Assembly: GCA_026026165.1 (NCBI GenBank)
Contig: JAPEUD010000006.1
Span: 1-64,000, forward strand
Origin: Sarea resinae
Lineage: Eukaryota
Direction of reading: 5' to 3'
DNA length: 64,000 nt
Part shown: piece after piece, positions 9,533 to 21,428 of the stretch
How the letters are laid out: the number at the start of each line of letters is the position of its first letter
Position numbering within the stretch: the first letter of the stretch is position 1
Notes under the pieces: generated by a model
Told to the model about the DNA's origin: nothing
Seen by the model: only the letters and a program-made list of their open reading frames with translations
Databases searched by the model: none
Program-made: the position numbers and the translations under genes

Positions 9533-10195
9533 ATGAATGTGCTCTCACTCCCTCAACTCCAAGGGGCTGTCCTAGCAACTGCGCAGACTTTAGACGCCCT
9601 TGAGATTGACTACGCCATCATGGGTGGCGCTGCAGTGTGTCTATTAGTCCAAGATCCAAGCCGACAGACCGAAGATGTTGATCTCGTCATCCACGTCGAT
9701 CAGCGCACGATCACGGCTGATCGGCTGACGCAACGGCTTCTGACGTCGCATTCATCACTTTTTGGATCCATCGACCAATATGGTCACACCATTCCAGGAT
9801 ACAAAATGCCATTGCCTGGTGGTGGCCATCGATTGGTCCAGCTCGAAATATTCGATCTAGAGAGCTGGCCCCATCGTCCGCAGTACAACTTGGCGACCGC
9901 GAGCAGAAGGACGGTGATGGTGCAAGGACACGCAGTCAAAGTGTTTAGCCCTGCATGGCTTCTGCGCGAGAAGGTCCTGTCGCAGTATCAGCGGCCAGGC
10001 GGCCTGAAAGGGAGGATCGATATCCGGGATATCATAGCGTTGGAACGGATTACTCCACCTGCTGGTCAGCCCGAGGTGGACTTCGGAAATGATCACACTT
10101 TAGCTACTGCGCTGGTCGAGCTGCTTCGGAAACGCCCTGATCTGAGAGAACGTCTGAAGCGAAAGATCAAGTGTGCAGCCGTCTTTGGCGATTAG
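9533..10195 (+). CDS. Nucleotidyltransferase, AbiEii/type IV toxin-like family (220 aa, intronless)
   Basis: YAIMGGAA..RQTEDVD (GG + R-x-T-x-D-x-D), then LREKVLSQYQR..RIDIRDI (K..R..D-x-x-D), the motif order of AbiEii-like pol-beta-fold NTases. Confidence 0.8.
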   Translation: MNVLSLPQLQGAVLATAQTLDALEIDYAIMGGAAVCLLVQDPSRQTEDVDLVIHVDQRTITADRLTQRLLTSHSSLFGSIDQYGHTIPGYKMPLPGGGHRLVQLEIFDLESWPHRPQYNLATASRRTVMVQGHAVKVFSPAWLLREKVLSQYQRPGGLKGRIDIRDIIALERITPPAGQPEVDFGNDHTLATALVELLRKRPDLRERLKRKIKCAAVFGD

Positions 10196-10479
10196 TATGA
10201 TAAGATCCTGTCTCCCTGAGCTCTATTTGATTAGCTGACCAGAGCCAGATTTGACCGACGGCTGTTCTGAATCAAATTTGGGCATCTTCCGCTACGCTCT
10301 AGACACGATGGGCCAAGGATGTTGAACTCCTCCGATGATTGAGAGGGGGGCCGATAAGGTCGATGGCTGCATTCTCGGGGGCGGTAAGATCTGCTGTGTA
10401 CTTGGTTTTTTCAACCACGCACGTTGATACTGAGAGAGAAAGAGACGGTATTTCAGGACCTAGACTCTGTCTTCCTGTA

Positions 10480-10806
10480 TCTATACAAGTTGGATTGATT
10501 TATTATCTGCATTTATTAGGCGCGCTGCTATATAGTAGGCAGATAGGTATAATCTACTAGTACTATATCTATAGCGAGAAGAACAGTGTGATATAAGACA
10601 TAGTGTCTTCTCGACTACTAATAATATTGACTGTTAAAGCATATCAACTTTATAGATATAATTCTAATAGCTTGTGTAGTCCGATTAGTATAAGCGGATT
10701 AGTTCAGAGAAAGAAACCAAGATATATATAGCTATTTGAATATATAGAGGTATTCTAAATCCTAAAGGAGCTAGATTTAAATAAACTGTACATAGATGTA
10801 TATATA
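10480..10806. repeat. AT-rich RIP-degraded repeat relic
   Basis: TpA-rich and CpA/TpG-depleted; no recognisable ORF. Confidence 0.5.
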
Positions 10807-12709
10807 TCACCGTTTCGAAAAAACCGGCAGCCACTCCTTCAAGGCCGCCGTGAAATAGCCCTGACTCTGTCTTGCAAGCGTGTCGGAATAGAAATCAAAG
10901 CAGTGTTCGGAATTTGGCAGGATAAAGCCGAAGATGTCATCCTCGGACGTGGAAATATTGGCGGCCGGAATGGCCTGCGTGATGGCGACGCCTTGCGGGG
11001 CGAAGGATTCGGTCGAGAGAGCGCTGAGAGTGCGCCAGGGGTCGTATTGGCCGGCGCTCCACTGTTCCTGCGAGTCAGTAAGTCTTTCGGATAATTGTTT
11101 CTTCAAGACATCATACGTAAGTGTTCGAGGGGCGCAGATTCCAGCCGGTTGTATCTTGATCGGTCTGGATAGCGTTCGGGGTAGAAGGGAGATAGCCGGA
11201 CGAGAGACCGTCGGGGAAAGTTCGATAGCAGATGTCCTGCTGGTATTGCTCATCCTGATATGAACTCAACAGATGATGCGGCCCGTAGTTATTATATTGA
11301 AGGTAGCCTGTCATGTCTGATTAGAAACGCAACCACCGTAACAAGGATATGCCTACCAAATTGAGTGCAGTACTGCCATGTCCAGCTGATGGAATCCCCG
11401 TCGCTATCGGGTGCGCCAAGATCGCAGGCTAGCGGCTGAGAAGCATCTTGGCCTTTACAGTTCGTGGGTGCGGCTCCGTTGGCGATGTCAACCATTGCTG
11501 GCCAGGTGGACCAACGATCCGAGACATATTTTCCTCCCTTGGAGGCTCCCCACCCTTGAGCAGGAGCGGTCTCGCCAGTACTCGGATCTGTTTCCAGATA
11601 ATCGCAAAATGCTCGGATTGATATGTTACCCCCTTCAACACCATAACTCTGCCAAGTACCAAGCACTTCGGACAATGCAGCGGTGAAATCTCCATTGGTG
11701 TTGTTATCTGCACCCTGCCCTAGGTATTGAACCTTGAGTGCCGCTGACGTATTGGGATTGGCGAGTTGGGCATCAATGTACGAATACGCAGACTGCAGGT
11801 CATTTGTACAATTACCCCATCCGTTCGCATTCATGCCGCGCCAGACCTGCTCCCAGTAGATCGACATGTTGACTTGAGCCTCGACGGGAGCGGAGTCAGC
11901 CCAAGCAGCGTAGAACGTATCGGGGTAGAAGTGACGGGAATACGCTGCGCGCAGGCCGGGATACGAGCCTCCGACAAAAATCCACGGGGTGGACTTTGGC
12001 GTGAGGTCTTGGTCAGGGAAGTCAGATCGAGAAAAATTTGCCGCGAAATAAGGGATATCTGCCAGCGCTTGTTGGTAGGTCAAGTACTGGAAGTCTTTCG
12101 ATGGCGTGCTGTCGTTAATCTCATAAGGCGCCGACTCGCCGTAGTAGCTTTTCATTCATGAACAAGAGCTATCTCTCAGTCTTCTCTTGGCACGCTCACC
12201 GATGCTCCCAAAGAAGTCCCATGCCATTGAACTCTTGCAGAAAGCCACTGAAGAAGTTGCCACTGACGAGGTATCCAAGGTATCCTTCAGCATTCCCCTC
12301 GCCGGCATCAAAGCTGTGCAATTTAGCCTATATCGCTAAGCAGATTCGATAGAGAGCACTTGCACAAAGACTGGGCCCCCCGCTTTATAGTAAGACTCCT
12401 GAACCCAGAACCTGTTCGTGTAGTTTCCAGCGTCTCCCCAATGATCGAGTGGAAGCTATGACTGTCAGCGCACGGATCTGTATCTAGAATATCGTTCATT
12501 ACCTGAACAGTCTCTGCTGTTGGCACTGATTGTCTGGCTCCAAGGTTTTGCAGGCCAGAGGTTGAGCTACCGCCCGTCGAGTAGGCCTGGCTTGCTTCTT
12601 GCCCTTGGAGTGCAGCAAGCTTGAGCTTGTACTGGAGGTTGTTGACTCCGATCAACGCCGACCCCAGATGCACCAAACATAAAGCCGGGAAAATAAAATG
12701 AACGCGCAT
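10807..12709 (-). CDS. Secreted serine peptidase, family S28 (prolylcarboxypeptidase-like), multi-exon
   Basis: Signal peptide MRVHFIFPALCLVHLGSA; YYGES.P, YLTYQQALAD, nucleophile motif GGSYPG, WTWQYCTQFG, YDPW, EHCFD; several GT-AG introns. Confidence 0.92.
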
Positions 12710-15623
12710 TCTGGCGATTCGAGGTGACAATGTGCTCAGAAAAATTAAATCTGCTCATCCGGGCCCAGTCGTCTATATATAAGATTCTCGCCGTCTAGTC
12801 TCTTGCCCCATTCTGATTAGTAGTGGGAAAAATCAATATAGCACTATTCGAAAGAATACGGGCTGTGTTCGATACAGCCTGCCGTGGGGCCGATACCTCT
12901 TGCAGCCTTGCGATGTGGCACCCCATATTCATCGCGTGGATCCCTCCCGTGATGAAAATGGCAGCTGCATGTTTTGCTCGTCTGCGCCAGCAGTACCTGA
13001 TCCGCATATCCCCTGGGGTTTGCGGTCCTTCCTAATTAGGCTGTGGTTGATGGAAGAAGTAGAGACGGGTATAGGAGGCAGTGGAGGCACTCTGAGTAAG
13101 GGTCCACACAGCCGCATGATCTGCGAGCGTAGCTTATCAGGGCATCTCCTTCTCAGCAGTTCAAGATAGTCGTTCTCGTATCGAATCTTCCGGTCCACAC
13201 CTGCAAGGCACCCCTGAGGGTGCTAAGCCCAACGTGGCAATACCATCGGAATTTCATATCGCGACACCGTGGAGGCGGGGTCCAGAAATCAGATGACCTC
13301 AATGGTCGTTCGAACTCCCGGGATCTCAAATTTCATCGATGCCATGCCATCAAGCTGTCTGGGCCTAGACTGAATACCCGGAGCTAGATGGCCTTGGCTC
13401 ATGTGCTCCGGAGTATGTCTTTTCTCTGATCGAAAGTCAGTAACGGCGCACCGTGCTCTTACTCGATGGGCCTGTCATGGCTGATCATACATGACCCCGA
13501 AGAGGCCTAGCACTAAACCTTGCCCGATTCATTATACATTTTCGAAGCATACTCGTACAGAACAAAACTGTTCGCTCGTGTTCAGTTAATTACTCTGGAG
13601 TGGATGGAGGTCGCAGGTCTCGGCACGGAGAAACCTTCTCCGAGTGGAAATGCCGCGGTCAAGACACCCCACTCTGAAGCCCTCAAAGCAGCGACTCGAG
13701 CGATCAGATAGATCTCCCTTTCTTATCATCACGGTGCAATGGGATTTCCAAAATTCTTCATTTAATCGGAAGAGAAAGGTTCCCTGGCCGAGAGCGTGCC
13801 AATCCTGAATCCATGGCCGTCCCGCTACTACTACGACGACTACCTACTCAAGAAGCTTTGTGGGACCTCGAGCCAAGAAGATCCAAGATCTGGCCAGTGC
13901 GCGGCGAAGCGAGCCTAGCCTTACCGATGGCGTCCATCAAGACGCTCTTATCACGTTCAAAAGTCGCGCTCCGAGCACGGTCGAGACTCAGGGTTCTGGA
14001 ACGTGTGGCAGGCAAAGTTGTCAGGCACCGAGAGGATGGTGAAAGGGAGGAACGGGAAGTGCGGTTAAGGTTTGATGTTTGACAATAGATGCAAGGGCAA
14101 AATGGCCCGTGGAACCCTACACCGTGACACCGTGTAAGGCTCCCGTGGGCGTCCCGGTCAGCCACGAGACTGGCGGCAAAACCGCCGAGATGAAGACGGC
14201 ACACCTTCAGGATCAGGGCAGCGGCTAGAATGATAAGTGGCGGGGACGAGGTCGATAGAAGGGCCTTCAAGTTTGGGGGCCTGGATGCGTCATTGCTTCT
14301 ACATGGAGGTGCTCGACATACGTAACCATCTGGTCGGTCGATGGCGGGACCTGCGAAAAGAGACGAAGTGCGAACACCGGGAACATTCCTTGGATTCCTT
14401 GGATCTTACGGAGTGCAGTCGAGGAGCATCATCGATATCGGTCGCGTTGAGGGATCTCGCTATCGCTCTGCCTAGTACTTAGCGTGTACCGCGGCCGAGA
14501 GCTAAGACCAAGTACTACGTAGTAGACTGGCCAGTCCCAGATACCCGATCTCAAAGGTCGAGAGTAGGTACCTAGAGTGTTATGTCCGTCTGGACGACAA
14601 AGTACGAATAGATCCAATGGGCAGTCGACGACGACAGAGAACGGAGGTCGTAGGGGAATCACAAGGGACAAGAGTTCCTTCGAGGTACTGGCCATAGCCA
14701 TCATGGCTCGATCAGCCTGCCCACTCTCGTCATCTCCCCCCATCTCGTACTTCGTCCTCGCATGTGCACTCGTATTGGTACTCGCATCCGTACTCGCCTC
14801 CATCCGTACTCGCTACCTGCGCCGTACCTTCCTGAGATGTGCAGTCCAGCAGCGACCATTCCTGATCGACCTTGGGCCGCATCATCAGCATCGACCGCGG
14901 AACCAATGGCCGACCCTTGCCATGCCATGCCATGCCAGCCTGCCCGCCTGCCTCTACCTACTACCACCAACGGCTTCTCGACACAGCAGTGACCGCTGTG
15001 GTAGCTCTTGCGGCTTTTGCTGGGCAGGCAAGCCAGCCACCTTTAACCCTTCCGCCTTTCGCACCCCGGGTTCGTCTATTATTGTCGAATCATCTATTGC
15101 CTACTTCGGATTGATCTCCCTCCTTCTCCAACTCTCTCTCTCTCTCTCTCCACCTCACTGGCGGTGCACTCACCATGCGGCTCCCTGCTCTCCTCTTACA
15201 TAATGATCCTACCTCCAACTGGTCGACTGCTACCTACACACAGCAACCACTCCGTCGGCCCATCACATATTCGGCCCCCATCTCTCGAGCCTCAGCTCTC
15301 GTTCCTCTTTCTTCCCTTCTTCCTTCTTTCTTTTCTTTCTTTCTTTCTCTCCCCTCCCAAGCGATCGATATACCCGCCCCATAGGTAAGGAGTCTGCCTT
15401 TGCTGGGTTGCCCTTCCGTTCGAAGCTTGTCGCTCTTCTCGCGTCTGTCGGCCTGTCGGTCGTGACTGGGTCGCCGAGGGTGGTCCGCTTCATCTTTTCA
15501 TTTGCGACGAGCGACCGCACTTGATCGGGTCGCCTCCGACAGCCGCCGCGCGGGACACTTGGAACAGCCTAATCACCCGGTCTATATGTCTTGGGAAATT
15601 GGCACAATCGATTCGTCGACATC

Positions 15624-17129
15624 ATGGTGTTGAGACAGATAGTTCGTCCGTCGCCTGCCAGGGCGGCAGTGGTGGTGTTGGCCATCCTTTTCACCTTCAG
15701 CTTGGTCTCTTTTCGATGGGATCGCGTTCCGTCGCGCGAAAGCTTGGACATGACCCCGGATGAACATCCCAGCGCCGAAATGGACGACTACAGATTCGAC
15801 TTGGAGCGGCAAATCCACTTCTGGCGAGTCTTGCAGCCGGTCCTCGACTCATACCCTCCGAAATGCGATTCCCCAAGCCGACGAGGCAACGCTGACGCTG
15901 TGGGGTATAATCCGACCCATGATACGCCCCGGCCGGATCTCTTGACAATGGCGCCAGATGGTGTAGAGCGGATGCGAGAATCCCATGCGAGATTTGTCGA
16001 CGCCGTTCATGTTAATGTTACTCGGGGCTCATATACTCCAGGCACTCGGGGCTTGGTGACGACCGCGGGAGGGCCGTATCTGCCGGTGCTGGTGATATCG
16101 TTGCGGATGATCCGTCGGTCAGGCTCGAATCTTCCAATGGAGGTTTTTCTCGCGTCCTGGAAGGAATACGAAGATCACATCTGCGATGTCGTTCTCCCCT
16201 CGCTGAATGCTCGATGCATAGTCCTCTCCGACATCTTGAATGCTTTCCCGACAGCCTTGCAAGTGACACATTATCAATATAAGATCTTCGCCATCATCTT
16301 CTCTTCGTTTGAGGAGCTTCTCTTTGTCGATGCGGACAGCTTCACGATCCACAATCCCGACAGATTGTTTACATCTGAGCCGTTCAGTTCGAGGGGGCTG
16401 ATCACCTGGCCTGATTTCTGGGCCTCGAGTGCCTCCCCATATTATTACAACATATCAAATCAGACAGTGCCCCCGTTGACCGAACGCGCATCTTCCGAGA
16501 CTGGCGAGATTCTCATCTCCAAGAATAAGCATCATGATACTCTGCTGCTTGCCACCTACTACAACTACTACGGTCCAACTCATTACTATCCTCTTCTTTC
16601 CCAAGGTGCTCCAGGCGAAGGTGATAAGGAAACCTTTCTCGCCGCGGCTGCGGCGCTGGGAGAACCGTTTTACGCAACAAGCGAGTCCGTACGTTCGATT
16701 GGCCATCCCAATAAAGAAGGACGACTTGCAGGATCGGCCATGGTGCAGTATGACCCGGTGGAAGATTATCGTTTGACCAGCAAAGGCCTCTGGCGCGCCA
16801 AGAATCCGAAAATCGCAAAGCAGCCCCGGCCTTTCTTCATACATGCCAATTACCCCAAGTTCAATCCTGCAACAGTATTCGACAATGAGCACGATGTCAA
16901 GCCAACAATAGGTGCGAATGGGGAAGATACACGGGCTTGGACGGATGGAAAAGACACGATGGAAGCTATAGGTCCGGAGGTGGAGAAGCACTTCTGGGAG
17001 GAAATCAAGTGGACAGGATGTGAACTGGAGGACAAGTTTGAAAGCTGGAAAGGAAAGAAAGGAATCTGCGCGCGAGTTGAAAAGTATTACCATAACGTTT
17101 ACGGGCCCGGGAGCATAGAGGCAACCTGA
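15624..17129 (+). CDS. Golgi alpha-1,2-mannosyltransferase, GT71 (Mnn2/Mnn5-like)
   Basis: N-terminal type II TM anchor; TRGLVTTAGG, LPMEVF, YQYKIFAIIFSSFEELLFVDADS (DxD), WPDFW, GEGDKETF, FFIHAN. Confidence 0.93.
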   Translation: MVLRQIVRPSPARAAVVVLAILFTFSLVSFRWDRVPSRESLDMTPDEHPSAEMDDYRFDLERQIHFWRVLQPVLDSYPPKCDSPSRRGNADAVGYNPTHDTPRPDLLTMAPDGVERMRESHARFVDAVHVNVTRGSYTPGTRGLVTTAGGPYLPVLVISLRMIRRSGSNLPMEVFLASWKEYEDHICDVVLPSLNARCIVLSDILNAFPTALQVTHYQYKIFAIIFSSFEELLFVDADSFTIHNPDRLFTSEPFSSRGLITWPDFWASSASPYYYNISNQTVPPLTERASSETGEILISKNKHHDTLLLATYYNYYGPTHYYPLLSQGAPGEGDKETFLAAAAALGEPFYATSESVRSIGHPNKEGRLAGSAMVQYDPVEDYRLTSKGLWRAKNPKIAKQPRPFFIHANYPKFNPATVFDNEHDVKPTIGANGEDTRAWTDGKDTMEAIGPEVEKHFWEEIKWTGCELEDKFESWKGKKGICARVEKYYHNVYGPGSIEAT

Positions 17130-19119
17130 CTTCAACTACGCTGGTTTGACGTCTATCTATCCAATCTTCGTCCTGGTATCAGCCACATCACGCATTCGCT
17201 ATTTAAAAGTCGGGGTGTATCGTTCTTTCATCTTTATACCGCTTGGGCATAATTGGACCGTGCCCTTGTCTCTTTCGGCTCCCCGCAGTATAGTATATAT
17301 TCGGATTGACATGCTTCTCCGGATAACGCGACCGCCAGGCAAGCCCGTCACACAGACGACACTCGACTTGTCTAATTTAGGAACCCGCCCGCGCCCATGC
17401 TTGTGTGCCGAGTCCTCTGTGAATGGAGTCGACTTGATGACGTCTGCCGAAGAGAATTATCCTACATATATATATCATTGTTCCTACGAATCCCCCGTAT
17501 ACACCACAGGGCGAATATGATCGTTATCCATCCACACTTCTGGTTAGAGGACGAATGTCTGGCACGGATACATGGACTTTTCGTTGAAGTTTTGAGACCA
17601 ACAACCTGGGTCGACGTTCTCATGCACGAATCTAGCCATACGGGGTCACCGATTCCGTGGGACGATACCTCAACGGGGCATTCTTTTACTTCATAACCGT
17701 CTTCGAGACCCATTTTCATGAGATTCCATATCGGATGGTGGAAGCATCCATGGCCAAATTCACCTGGCCATCGGATCGTGGTTTGGGCGTTTGTGGAATC
17801 ATACTTCTTTATAACGTTTCTACTTCACGTATGGCGTTTCGGGGGGGGTTACTTTGAGCGTCACACATTTCCAGGCTCACGTCAGGTTGTATGGGTCCTT
17901 GGTGTACCCGAAAAGTCAGCCCTAGCATACATCGTCTAGGCTTGCCAGAATAGCCATTGGTAGTAGTAATAACAGATCGATAATGTGCATAACGAGTTCC
18001 TTCTCGTGGTAGTCTATGGATCTTATCACTCAATTTCTCGATAGGGTTCAGTGACTGTTTATCGTTGCCGCAGCTCCTAGTTTCCCAGATGGGCAAGGTA
18101 GAAAGGGTCTTGGACGACCGCCGTACCCGTGGGCGACGACCGGAGATTAGAGTAGACTAGAAGATATAGGGAATCTCACTCGATGCATGCTGAAGTTGCG
18201 GTAGTATTTCTCGATTGCTATGCTTAAAGATGGAAAAGTCTCTGATGCGTGGATGCAGTATGTCATTTACACGCCGAGATCATGTGTGGCAGCTGGAGGA
18301 CAGCATTCATGATTGAATGATACGTCAGTGGGTGGGGTTAGGGTCTATTCGGGAATGGGGTTGGAAGGCGGTCAGAGCTAGTGACGACGTTCTAGAACAT
18401 CAAACGCCGCATTATCCGAGTAGGTATCCGAGTATCCGAGTGACCAACCGCCAACCGCCAACCTTTGCCATCTACGTTTTCCCCTTTGCAGATACCCGGC
18501 AGGACCTAGTATTGCCTCCTTTACGACTCCTGCCGAGACAAAGAGCGAATGCTGACGATATTCAGAATTGATAGAATGTGCTCGGTAGCAGTCCCAGCTT
18601 CAGCACCCGAAGACCGCCGAAGCAGGATCGTTGAAGTTGTGGTGGTTTCGATAATCAACCTTCTCGGGACGTGCTAGGGTGCATTAATCGTGGCTGTCAT
18701 CGAGTCATGGCGAGGTGAAGCCGCCGTTGACCGTTTCTCTCGTCTAATCTTTAGATCCTTTCCGCTATTTTTCTATGCCTGTTCCTGGTCCTGATTCTGT
18801 ATCTCTATGCTGCAAAATGGCTGTCCGCGCGCGTCAGATCTCTGTCTATTTTCCAACTTTTAGCTTTTTCATGATGATGTACCCGGCTATCTTTCCGCTC
18901 CCCACCAAGAGCGATCAGCATATCCCTGCACCTGAACAAGATCGACGGAGTCTAGACTCGCCACTGCAATAATAAATGAATACATGCTCACGTTGACATC
19001 ATGATGCTCTCGTTTTCCTGCTCTTCTCGGGAGCGCAGGCCGGACGCCCACGAGCACTCGAAGTGGCTCATATATCGGCTGGCCGCAACTTTTCTGTCCC
19101 GTTACCACTCCACGCCAAA

Positions 19120-20391
19120 ATGCCAAAACCGACGCTCGCCATCATCGGCTCTGGCTGGGCTGGCTATGAGCTCTCCCAACTTGCCTCTCTCTCGCGCTAC
19201 AACGTCTCCGTCATCTCTCCCCTCCGAACGATCCAATACACGCCTCTCCTCGCCAGCGCAGCATGTGGTCTTTTCAATTTCCGGCTTGCAGAAGAGCCCG
19301 TTCGACGTAAACACCGGCCGGGACTTCAATATATCCGCGCCACGGCCGACAGCATCGACCTGACAACCCGCAAGATCTCCTGCACGGCTGTCGGCTTATC
19401 CGGCCAAGGCAAACCGTCGGCCTTCGAGTTCCCCTACGACAAAATCGCTATCGCTCCCGGGTGCGGCATCCAAACCTTCGGTACCCCCGGCGCCGCCGAA
19501 CACGCTCTCTTCCTGAAGACCACGCAAGATGCCCGCGCCATTCAATCGCGACTCCTCGACATGCTCGACGAGGCCTCCCTCCCCAATACCAGCGAGCAAC
19601 GCCGCAAGGACCTCCTGAACGTCCGCATCGTCGGCGGCGGCGCCATCGGCATCGAAGCCACGGCCGAAATCTACGACCTTTGGGCAGAGGAGCTATCGAA
19701 ATTATACCCGCACCTCGCCAACGACCTCACCATCACAATTCACGACGTCGCGCCGGACATCCTGACGACCTTCGATAAGCGCCTCGGCAAATACGCCCAC
19801 GACAGCCTGCTGAAACGGCGCGGCCTGTCGCTCAAGACGCAATCGCACATCGAGAAAGTTGAAGCCGACGCCATCTACACGAAGGAAGACGGCCGACTGC
19901 CGTATGGCCTGCTGATCTGGGCCACGGGTAACAGCGGCAATCCGCTGCTCGATCACCTCGCGTGCAAGAAGCCCGCCAAGGGCCTGCCACGCATCCTCAC
20001 GGACGACTACCTGCGCGTGCTCGACCCCAAGGGCATGCCGATTCCGGACGCCTACGCGCTCGGCGACGCCGCTGACATCGAAGGCCAAACCATGCCGACG
20101 CTAGCATCAGTAGCGTTGCAGAAGAGCGAGTATCTGGCGTCGGTGCTCAACGCGGCGGACTCTTCAGCGGCGGCCGTACAGCCGTTCCGTTACAAGCAGC
20201 GGGCGGCGCTGGCGTACCTCGGGAAACACGACGGTGTCATCGGCGGCCGCGAGGAGTGGACGGGCCCTGCCGCCTGGTTGGCCTGGCGCAGTGGCAGCTT
20301 GCTCTGGACGAGAAGTTGGCGCCGCAAAGTCTTCATCCTGCTGAACTGGATCATGAACCGTATTGGCGGCCGCGAAATTGCGAGGAATTGA
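19120..20391 (+). CDS. Type II (alternative) NADH:quinone oxidoreductase-like flavoprotein
   Basis: IIGSGWAG (FAD), YTPLLAS, IVGGGAIGIE (NAD), YALGDAA, PTLASVALQ, AWLAWRS; intronless and GC-rich. Confidence 0.92.
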   Translation: MPKPTLAIIGSGWAGYELSQLASLSRYNVSVISPLRTIQYTPLLASAACGLFNFRLAEEPVRRKHRPGLQYIRATADSIDLTTRKISCTAVGLSGQGKPSAFEFPYDKIAIAPGCGIQTFGTPGAAEHALFLKTTQDARAIQSRLLDMLDEASLPNTSEQRRKDLLNVRIVGGGAIGIEATAEIYDLWAEELSKLYPHLANDLTITIHDVAPDILTTFDKRLGKYAHDSLLKRRGLSLKTQSHIEKVEADAIYTKEDGRLPYGLLIWATGNSGNPLLDHLACKKPAKGLPRILTDDYLRVLDPKGMPIPDAYALGDAADIEGQTMPTLASVALQKSEYLASVLNAADSSAAAVQPFRYKQRAALAYLGKHDGVIGGREEWTGPAAWLAWRSGSLLWTRSWRRKVFILLNWIMNRIGGREIARN

Positions 20392-20528
20392 GACATTCGT
20401 GTGGTGCGAGCACTCGGTGTTGCCACCCCGCCCACATTTGCTGTGAGAGCTGTCACTGTTGCCTAACACACCCATCCATCCACCCTGCGTCTGGCGGTGT
20501 TCAAGAAGGGTTAAAAGGCAGAAAACGA

Positions 20529-21184
20529 TGTTGCGAGAAACCCCGTTTGTATTGTAGATTAGACTAGAGATTCAGCATAGTATCTAGTATAGGGATTAAT
20601 CGAGTATCTAAATTAACCTTTCTTAGCCGTCTTTCTTGTTACGGTCTGTTATTAGCCATAGGTGTTATTAGCCCTCAGGATGACTATCTAAAGGGAAAGA
20701 TAGATATATTAGTATATTCTAAAACAACGTACTAGCTTCTTTTACCTTGATAAGACCTCTGCCTATATCTTTGTTACTACTATCTTTATATAGGAAGGTT
20801 CATACTTTTAGTTCTACTTTTTCAAAGAGTATAAAGGTTAAGCTATTAAGAAATATTTTGTAGAAGAGCAGACTTAGACACTTCTAGCCACACTTTTTCT
20901 CTCACGTGGTCTTGCTTTCTTACTCTTTTGCTATTTTTTACTTCAGAATAGGATTCTCTAAAGATCTTTAGGCCCGTTCTACTTTTTAGACTGTAGCGTA
21001 GTAGAATGTCTGAAGTTCTCTTTCTCTCTACTTTAGATTTATCTCACTACCTATATATCTAGCTACACCGAGATTATCTTCCGCATCATCCTCGTTATAG
21101 TTGTCAAGGGTATATACGCCTAGATTAACCCTACACATATACACGCACTCTCTTTCTCTCTTGCTACTTTCTCTTTATGCAACA
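20529..21184. mobile_element. RIP-degraded repeat relic with TGTTGC...GCAACA termini (solo-LTR-like or non-autonomous element)
   Basis: Abrupt AT/TpA-rich island with 6-bp inverted termini; no target-site duplication found. Confidence 0.45.
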
Positions 21185-21364
21185 GCCGTGGGGCAAGGAC
21201 ATCATCTATTCACAACAGTAGCCGGGGGCCAAAGCATGACAAGAGACCGTCTGCACCGGCCTCTTCCCACCTGTCTGAATCAGCGCCTCGGCCGCGCCGC
21301 CGCTGTCATGTGTGATAGGTGGGTGGATGCCCTGCGCTGCGGTCAGCATCGTCGATCGACGACT

Positions 21365-21428
21365 ACCTGCCCTACTCTGCCCTACTCTGCCCTGTCCTGT
21401 CCTGCCCTGTCCTGTCCTGTCCTGTCCC
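21365..21428. repeat. Pentamer microsatellite (CCTGT/CCTGC)n
   Basis: Direct reading. Confidence 0.8.

Noticed and set aside
145..10806. Starship element with DUF3435 captain
   Set aside because: The YR-like domain is fused to a RecQ helicase and no captain-like ORF or typical cargo was recognised; no evidence that the downstream genes lie inside the element.
12800..15590. Numerous short ORFs including 14577-15203
   Set aside because: Low-complexity divergent promoter/UTR sequence with no protein motifs.
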